Shown here in pieces: positions 56,301 through 64,000 of a stretch of 64,000 nt of DNA. Source of the DNA: Eledone cirrhosa. Lineage: Eukaryota. The stretch is taken from positions 14,322,001 to 14,386,000 of the forward strand of contig OZ024750.1 in assembly GCA_964016885.1 (NCBI GenBank). The letters are read 5' to 3'. Within the stretch, counting starts at the first letter, position 1. The number at the start of each line of letters is the position of its first letter. The notes below the pieces were generated by a model, which saw nothing but the letters and a program-made list of their open reading frames with translations, was not told the origin of the DNA and searched no databases. The position numbers and the translations under genes are program-made.

Positions 56301-58145
56301 AGAAAAAGAAACACACACACACTGAAATATGTCCGTTGTTTTCATTAAGTTGACATAAGATAAAGTTCACTCCCACTACGTCACCTAGAAATGTTTTTAA
56401 AAAAATTGACTAGCTCAGTTTATAAGAGTTCTCTCCCTTTCTGGTTTCTTGTACCCCTAAAGGAACCTTTTATTTTAAAATTGCGAGGATAGCCTCAATT
56501 TACTGACCCTTTTCCCCCACAATTCGCTATATTCAGTATGCGAGAGTATTTGTAAATATACACATATACATTTCGTACCGAGCACTCCCTTCAGACATTT
56601 TCGACTTTATCCCTTGTTGACATATATTCCTGATTTCATACGAATGAAACAGTTCTAGCCCTGTAGAAGTCATTTCTAAAATAATAAAAATGCCTATACT
56701 CTACCAACGTATTAGCTGTGGTTACCCTACCGACACCTCTCGAGAACGAATCTATATATATATATATATACGTAGATGGATTTGTGTGTGTGTATATATA
56801 TATATAATATATAGAGATAGATAGATAGATAGAGAGAGGAATTCCTTTAATTACTGTTGTTTGCAATATTTTTTTGCACAAGTACCTTATTGCAAAGTTG
56901 AGAAAGAAAGGTGTATTACTTCTTAACTGCATGAATATGGAGAATTTAGAACAGAGAAAATGTGACGTCGAACAACTTGCAGGAATATTAGAGTGAATTA
57001 GGAAGGAGGGTGGGTAAGGAAGGATTAACAACATAAATGTAAATATTTGCCTATTTCTATGTTTGCATGCAAATTTATTAAAGCTGTATGAGAAAGAAAG
57101 ACAGAAAATCTGTGAAATAATGGTGGAAATAGTAATAGAAAAATTAAAAATTAAATGTGCGGCGGTAAAAATCAAGTTTAATGCTTGTGTAGCATCATGG
57201 TAAAAAAACAGTTTGCACTTAGATTTTTAAGATATATAAAATTTGAAATATTTATTTTTCGGTTTATTAGCAAAAATTGGTATGCAAAATTTACATTAAT
57301 AGAAAAATAATAATAATATAGGCTAGATCTGGAGCACTTCTGCTAGCAACCCAGTCAACGATAGAACCTGCTAAATAGTTAATTGACCTGTTAAAAATAC
57401 GGCCCAGATCTCACTTAATTCCGCGCCCTAATGTCTTAAACATAGAGAAGGACAATGGATATTGTTGTCTTAGATATAATTGCTTGAATAAAAGATGGAA
57501 TGGTTCGTAGTTAGATTATAGTTATTGATTATAGGTTTGTTCGAGTTCAGCTTAGACGAGAAGCAAACAAATAGCAGTAACAAACACACCAAGTAGTAAC
57601 CAGCCAAGCAACCAGCATAGAAAAAAAAGTTAATAAAAATATTTACCGAGCGCATGAGTCCCCGCAACGGCTGCAGCAGTGCCTGTATAATCCCCCAGTT
57701 TGTATGTCTCGGACACACCAGTGCAAATAATAGTAAATTAATCCAGAAAAAAGTTGAAAGCTGTAAATCCACGAAGTGCAAAAGCAACTTTGCAAAAACA
57801 ATTATTTTCTGTTGCAGAACAACAACGTTTCCTTGCTCAACTACTTTACTTTACGTATTTATAAACAAGTCTATTTACTGCTGCTATTTACATCTGAAAT
57901 ACGTGTGCAATCTAATTAGTGAATGCAATTTTGAAAACACCAGTAAAATCTAATGTGCAACATCGAGACGAGAACCTTTGCATATTGTATAATCGTTTGC
58001 ATTTATATTTTATTATTTTTTGTTGTATTTCTAAGCACTTTGTGAATTAATGTTACGTCACATTCTTCCGGAGAAACAGCCAGAGCAGTAATAGAGATGA
58101 TGTTTAGAGGGAGAGATAAGCTGTCAGCTCTCACTGTCCCTCTCG

Positions 58146-58488
58146 ATATATACGTATGTATATATATATATATATATATACGTGTAGATATATATGTACG
58201 TGTATATGTATATGTACGTATATATATATATATATACGTATATATATATATATATATATATACGTATATATATATATATATATATATATATACGTATATA
58301 TATATATATATATATATAAATATATATACGTGTATATATATATATATATATATACGTATATATATATATATATATATACGTATATATATATATATATATA
58401 TATATACGTATATATATATATATACGTGTATATATATATATATACGTATATATATATATATATATATACGTATATATATATATATACG

Positions 58489-58524
<36 letters not shown>

Positions 58525-58617
58525 CGTATATATATATATATATATATATACGTGTATATATATATATATACGTATATATATATATATATATATATATACG
58601 TATATATATATATATAT
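58146..58617. repeat. About 470-bp (TA)n microsatellite with periodic CG/CGTG interruptions
   Basis: Direct reading; produces the spurious YI-repeat ORFs. Confidence 0.96.
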
Positions 58618-58873
58618 GCTTTTCTCGTTGTTTCAAGCGGAAATATTAACACATATACACACATACACATACACACACATATATATATAATATATATATA
58701 AAATTATATATGCGCGTGTGTGTGTAGGAGTGCAAGGACACACGTGTTTATGTTTATAGGTATGTGTGATTCACAGTATGTGTTTGTAACTTTCAGTGAC
58801 ACACAGGGGGGAGGAGTTATGTATTATACGAGGGTTTAAATGTGCGCATCAAAAAAGGGAATGATAAAATGAT

Positions 58874-58934
<61 letters not shown>

Positions 58935-59179
58935 TTTATATAGATATATATATATATATTCAAATGAGTCCAAGCACCTGCTGACTAGGTTATATAATCT
59001 GGGGAGATGGTCATAATTGGATCTTGAAACCTTAGATAGCGCCTTTAATCCGTGTATGAACATAAATAATATAATATATATATGTGTGTGTGTGTGCGTA
59101 TATATATATAGAGAGAGATATAGATATATGAAATAAGGTGTAACAACGAGGTATCAAAATAATATCATTATGTTTATTT

Positions 59180-59270
59180 ACGTGTGACGCGCGTTTCGCG
59201 ATCGATCAGCTCAAGATACAATCAGTATCCATCGTGCCCGCCTCTGGAATCGATAGCTCATCAGACTCGT
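59180..59270 (-). ncRNA. Type I hammerhead ribozyme, Penelope/retrozyme-like
   Basis: Minus strand reads ACGAGU-CUGAUGA-GCUAUCGAUU...GAUCGAUCGC-GAAAC-GCGC-GUC-ACACGU. All core nucleotides are present; stem I 5/6 bp, stem II 9/10 bp, palindromic minimal stem III. Confidence 0.78.
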
Positions 59271-59312
59271 GGTTTCTTTAATATTTTGACACCTTGTTCA
59301 TACTCATTATTG

Positions 59313-59486
59313 CGGAGGATTGGCAGTATCGGTAGAGGGTCGGACACCATGCTTTGCAGCATAGAGTTACGACCCTTTACGTTCTGAGTTCAATCTTTGC
59401 CTTTCATCCTTACAGGGTCGATAAAATAAAGTACCTGTAATGCACTGGGATAATTGCTGGCCTTGTACCAAAAGTAGAAACAATTA
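59313..59486 (+). mobile_element. SINE family A copy
   Basis: Same consensus with a small internal deletion. Confidence 0.8.
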
Positions 59487-59649
59487 ATATTAGCACTCTA
59501 CGTTTTAAGAATAACATCAAATGTGCAATACCATGTCAGCAACCAGATCCATTTAGGAATTGAGTGCTTAAACTGGTGAACCAATTGTAACACACCAATA
59601 AACCATATATATATATATATATATATATATAGTTTATATATATATATCA

Positions 59650-60581
59650 GCTTCCATTACCTGGGTGACAAAATCAGCAGTAGGGTAGGGTGCTCTGAAA
59701 GTACAGTAGCTAGAGTCAGAACGGGATGGAAAAAGTTCATAGAGCTTATACCACTATTGGCCGCTAAAGGGTTCTCTCTACAAATGAAAGGCAGGCTTAC
59801 GAACAGCAATGTTACATGGCAGTGAGACCTGGGCATTGTGTGCAGAGGATATACGCAGACTGCTTGCATGCTCCGCTGGATGTGTAATAGTAATATACGT
59901 GAACGGCAAAGCATAAACGAACTAAGGGAGAAATTAGAAATAAGAGGGATCAGATGTTGTTTACTCGAGAGAAGACTACGTTGGTACGGTCATGTGATGC
60001 GCATGAAAGACGACAGCTGTATAAAAAAGTGCAGGGCAATAAAAATAGACAGTAGACACGGAGTAGGCAGACCCAGAAAAAAACCTGGGACAACTTGATA
60101 AATTCCGACCTCACACACTTACACCTCTCCAAGACAATGTCACTGGACCGAGATCTTTGGCGCTACACAGTAATAGAGAAGACCCACCTTACCTAAATGC
60201 AAAGTGAAACCTACTACAGTCAGTAGGCACCTCTAACAAAATACACCCCCGTCCCACTACCCCCCACCCCATCTACACCACCCCTTTCAATGTAAAGTTA
60301 TGTTGGTACCACAACATCCAGCCCGAAACAAATGAGGTCGTGTAGGTGTCACGACAAAAAAAAACACAGTCCACGCTGTAATGTGGCCGTGTAGGTAACA
60401 CGGTAAAAACCTCCCAGTTCCACACTGTAAATGTGGTTGGTGTTAAGAAGGGCATCCAGCTGTAGAAAACCCGCCAGACAGTCCTATACGAGCAAGACAA
60501 CCATTCTTGCCTCAAGTGGGAAAACTCCCGTCCAAACCCATGCAAGCATGGAATATGGACGTTAAACGATGATGATGATGA
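59650..60581 (+). mobile_element. RTE-clade LINE 3' fragment (same family as 48975-50476)
   Basis: YLGDKISS..GCSES.VARVRTGWKKF.EL.PLL, RRLRWYGHV; (ATG)n tail. Confidence 0.88.
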
Positions 60582-60619
60582 TTGTGTATCTCAATGCTCC
60601 AAAGAGAGTTTCGAAGGGA

Positions 60620-61470
60620 GCAAACTTTGACAATTGGAACCTGGAACATTACAACCCTTACAGGTAAGGGGTAGCAAATAGTGGAAGAGGCTAGATGCTA
60701 CTGGCTAGATATAGTCAAAATTTTCTCAACAAAGTTCCGTGGCTCTGATACTGTAGATTTGGATAGAGAATAGAAACTCCACTATTCAGGTGTGACGCCA
60801 GAAATGACTGAACAGGTGGGAGTAGGGATACTCACAAGCCCTCAGCTGTCAGAATGTGTTATGGATGGGATACCATCAGGAGGGAGGATTTGCCTAATGA
60901 AGCTTAGGCTGAAAGATAGGTCTCTGTGGGTGGTGTAAGTTTATGCACCAAACAAGGAATCCGAATATAGATCCTTCGTTGATGAAGTCCCTACAATGTC
61001 AGATGTAGTTAAGACTGAATCATATATCCGAATGGGTGACATGGAGAAAGTTAAGACATTGGAAGACTTTGGGGTTAGGCTGGAATCTGATGGCAGATCA
61101 ACAAATAAAGTGTTCTAGCAGACCATCCACCAACTTCATAATAAGAAGGGCTCCTCCATACCTGCTATCAGGAATGCGTCTGGGGTTCTTCTCTCTACAG
61201 AGAGGTGCATCCTTGTGAGGTAGAAAGAATACTTTGCTGATCTCCTAAACTCGGTCACAACAGAATCTTCTGATGTACATGAGGTGGATCTGGGAGTGAT
61301 GACTAATCTCTCAGAGGCTGGGGGTCACAAGAGCAATTAAAGAACTCAAATGTGGCAAGGCCGCTGGGGAGGGTGAAATTCAGCCCGAGACGTTAAAATA
61401 GAGAAAGTATTCTCTGGTTGACTCATGTCTGCCGGGTGGCCTGGATCTCTGGAAAGGAACCCAAACAGTG
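60620..61470 (+). mobile_element. Decayed RTE APE-endonuclease region
   Basis: IGTWNITTLTGK, YSGV, GVGIL, GRICLMKL, VYAPN, MGD. Confidence 0.75.
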
Positions 61471-61579
61471 GCAGAATAGGATCACGAAGAGCAACACCTG
61501 ACTTCAACAGCAGACTGGCGTGAAGGACATAATTGAGACCATGAACAAGGGCAAACATAGATGGGCTGGCCATGTCTCT

Positions 61580-62330
61580 CATTTGAGATACATACTCAAA
61601 TATAGAAAATCATCAACTTGATCTAGTATTCCACCATCCTGTGTGACAAGATTTCCAGCTTCTTGGTTTAGTGACATGTACTCTGTCTTGATAACATTTA
61701 CGTGAAGACCAATTTTCCTGACAGAGGATTCGATTTTATGAAGAAGTTCTTGAACTTGATCAATGCTGTTTGACACAAGAGCTATGTCATCAGCAAAATT
61801 TTCATCACAGTTGGTGGGTTTTACTTATTTCTTTGTGTCAATGTAAAGCCAAGATCTTGTTCATTAACAATGGTTTCCCTTATGGCATAGTACAGAACGA
61901 TTATGAAAAGATATGGTGTCAATGCATCACCTTGAAGAACACCCACTAATATTTAAAAAAATTTGGTACCACCATCAGGAGAGATAACTTGAGCTTCCAT
62001 GTTTATGTAGAGTACATTTATAGTAGAAACTATGGCGTTGATATAAGCAACTACGATTGACATAAGCTTTCTTCTATGGATGGAACCAATAGCCTTTTTG
62101 CTGTCTCTATCAATGGAGTCAAAAACCTTTTTGGCAAGGCATCGCACCCGCTCAGCAAACCCCCATCAGAGATACGATGAAAAGGAATCAACCTTCATAA
62201 ACCTGTCTATTTCCTGTGGGTATACAGTAGTTCAAGCTGGCAGACAACTAACTGTTGTATTGGCACGAGGGACATTGTGTTGATGATCATGTTTTGACAA
62301 AGGCACACACGCTCTATTTAGCAGAGAACT
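61580..62330 (-). mobile_element. Decayed non-LTR RT fragment
   Basis: GVLQGDALTPYLFIIV, FADDIAL, GLHVNVIKTEYM, QVDDFLYL. Confidence 0.78.
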
Positions 62331-64000
62331 ACAGGTTTACAGGAAGAGTTATGCCCCCTGTTCAAATTAGAGCAAGAAAAACAAACCACGACTGGTATGA
62401 ATGTATTGTTATTAGAGTGGAACGGTCCTTAATATCTATTCATCATCACCGTTTTACGTCCATTCTTCCACGCTAACATGGGTTAGGAAAGGCTAGAATG
62501 CTTCTGGGACACATGAATAAGGTTGTTTAAGATCTTCCCAGTGTGGTTTGACTTCCTGTTTATGTAGTTATCTTGTTAGGCTTGCAGAAAAGCTAGTACT
62601 GGGAATAAGATAGAAAATGTTCTTGATGTCACACATGACCTAATTTGAAGTTAGTTTCTACAGTTATAGTTAATCCATAATACTTAAAGAATTTACTAGA
62701 GGGCTTTCTCATATGAATGGTTAGGCTAGGATTGTAGTTTCTATACATGAAGAGGCCATCCTTGTATAATCAAATATCCAGGATCATCATCATCATCATC
62801 TTTTATGTCAGCTTTCCATGCTAGCATGAGTTGGATGTGTCATTACGGTCTGAGACTAGACTGATAAGAGAACCACATCTAGATCATATATTCTATAGTC
62901 AGTAAGGATTCGACAGATAGATGCCCTTAATACCAATACCTCTTGGGAGTGTACAGGAGTCATGACCTGGATGTGACATCCCCTTTAAAGGGCTGAAACA
63001 CTTGATTGAGTGGGGTTTCTTTCCTAAAGACATTCTGCTGTCCAGCTCTCCTGAGAGGTTCTTACCACCAAAGCACAAAATTGACCTTTAACTGTTGGAC
63101 TTCACCTAAATATAAAATTACTTGGCAATATTTTCAAGTGTTCTGCCTCTTTGACAGACATCTGGTTCACAGTCTCTTATTTTTTTTTTTTCATTACAAC
63201 ATACATTAGTAATCCAATAATAAATATATATCATATATAACTACAAACCAATAAATACCCAACACTCTACTTTCACTATGATGAGTTATTTAGTTTGTCA
63301 CTACCATTCATCCTCATGAACAAGCATATCATAACAGACACACGCGCGCCTGTGTTTGTTTGTGTCTAGAGGCATAACTATGGAAAATAGCACCCATGGC
63401 AAGCACCGGAATTGTGCCTCTGCCCAAACATCTAATTATACGAGAAGTATCTGTGTAATACTGATCTTTAACAAAAAATATTAGACCCTATTAAATATTT
63501 GACAAGTCATACTATGAGGTACGGTTATGTGGTCATGTAGTTCCCAGCAATGTATTTTTACCCAAGGGCCAAATAATTTATATAGATGGTTGATGATCCA
63601 GCCACCATAGTGCTTCTCACCCCTGATAGTCGGAGACAGATCATACATCTGAAGAAGTTTCCTTTTTCACTCTCCTTATTTGATTTAATAGAACGTGCTC
63701 CTAATCCAAGTAGCACCCCACAAGCAGTGCCCATGGTATATGCCATGCTTGCCATATCCCAGTTACACCTGTGTTTGTGTGTATTTATTATACATTTATG
63801 AGAAATTCTCAAGCTAGTTTGAGTCGTAAATTAAAAACAAACATGTTTCTGTAAATATAGAATTTGGTTTAATTTGATGGGGAAACATTAAAAATCAAGG
63901 CCAATACGTAAATGATTCTGAAGAATTTTAATGATTCTTTTAAAAGTTCATTTTATTTTGAAATATTCTTTGGTTTCTTTTTTTCTTATAAACTTTCATC

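Noticed and set aside
56560-56600. Hammerhead-like CTGAAGG...CGAAA on the minus strand
   Set aside because: The core spacing is wrong and no stem I pairing can be drawn.
56636-57175. 179-aa minus-strand ORF
   Set aside because: Low-complexity AT-rich translation crossing microsatellites, with no motif.
58097-58701. 170-197 aa YI-rich ORFs on both strands (also 218-409, 2093-2551, 54171-54407)
   Set aside because: They are translations of (TA)n/(CA)n microsatellites.

Overview
AT-rich, repeat-dense animal genomic DNA, probably an octopus or other cephalopod (inferred from the microsatellite load and repeat types). About 36 kb of the window (12.9-48.6 kb, minus strand) holds an ASK-family MAP3K gene (MAP3K5/ASK1-MAP3K15-like). 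I spliced 27 coding exons by hand into one open frame of about 897 codons, covering the N-terminal regulatory region, TPR region, PH-like region, a complete kinase domain and a 14-3-3-type RSTSVP motif. No C-terminal (HisK-N-like/SAM) exons were found in the remaining 12.9 kb. Introns and the upstream region are filled with two tRNA-derived SINE families, piggyBac-type (TTAA) and Tc1/pogo-type (TA) MITEs, decayed RTE, CR1 and R4/Dong-like LINE fragments, many minisatellites and microsatellites. The most notable non-obvious feature is an apparently intact Penelope-type hammerhead ribozyme on the minus strand at 59180-59270, inside a small fold-back element. All coordinates were read by eye; exon boundaries are exact where stated and repeat boundaries are approximate.
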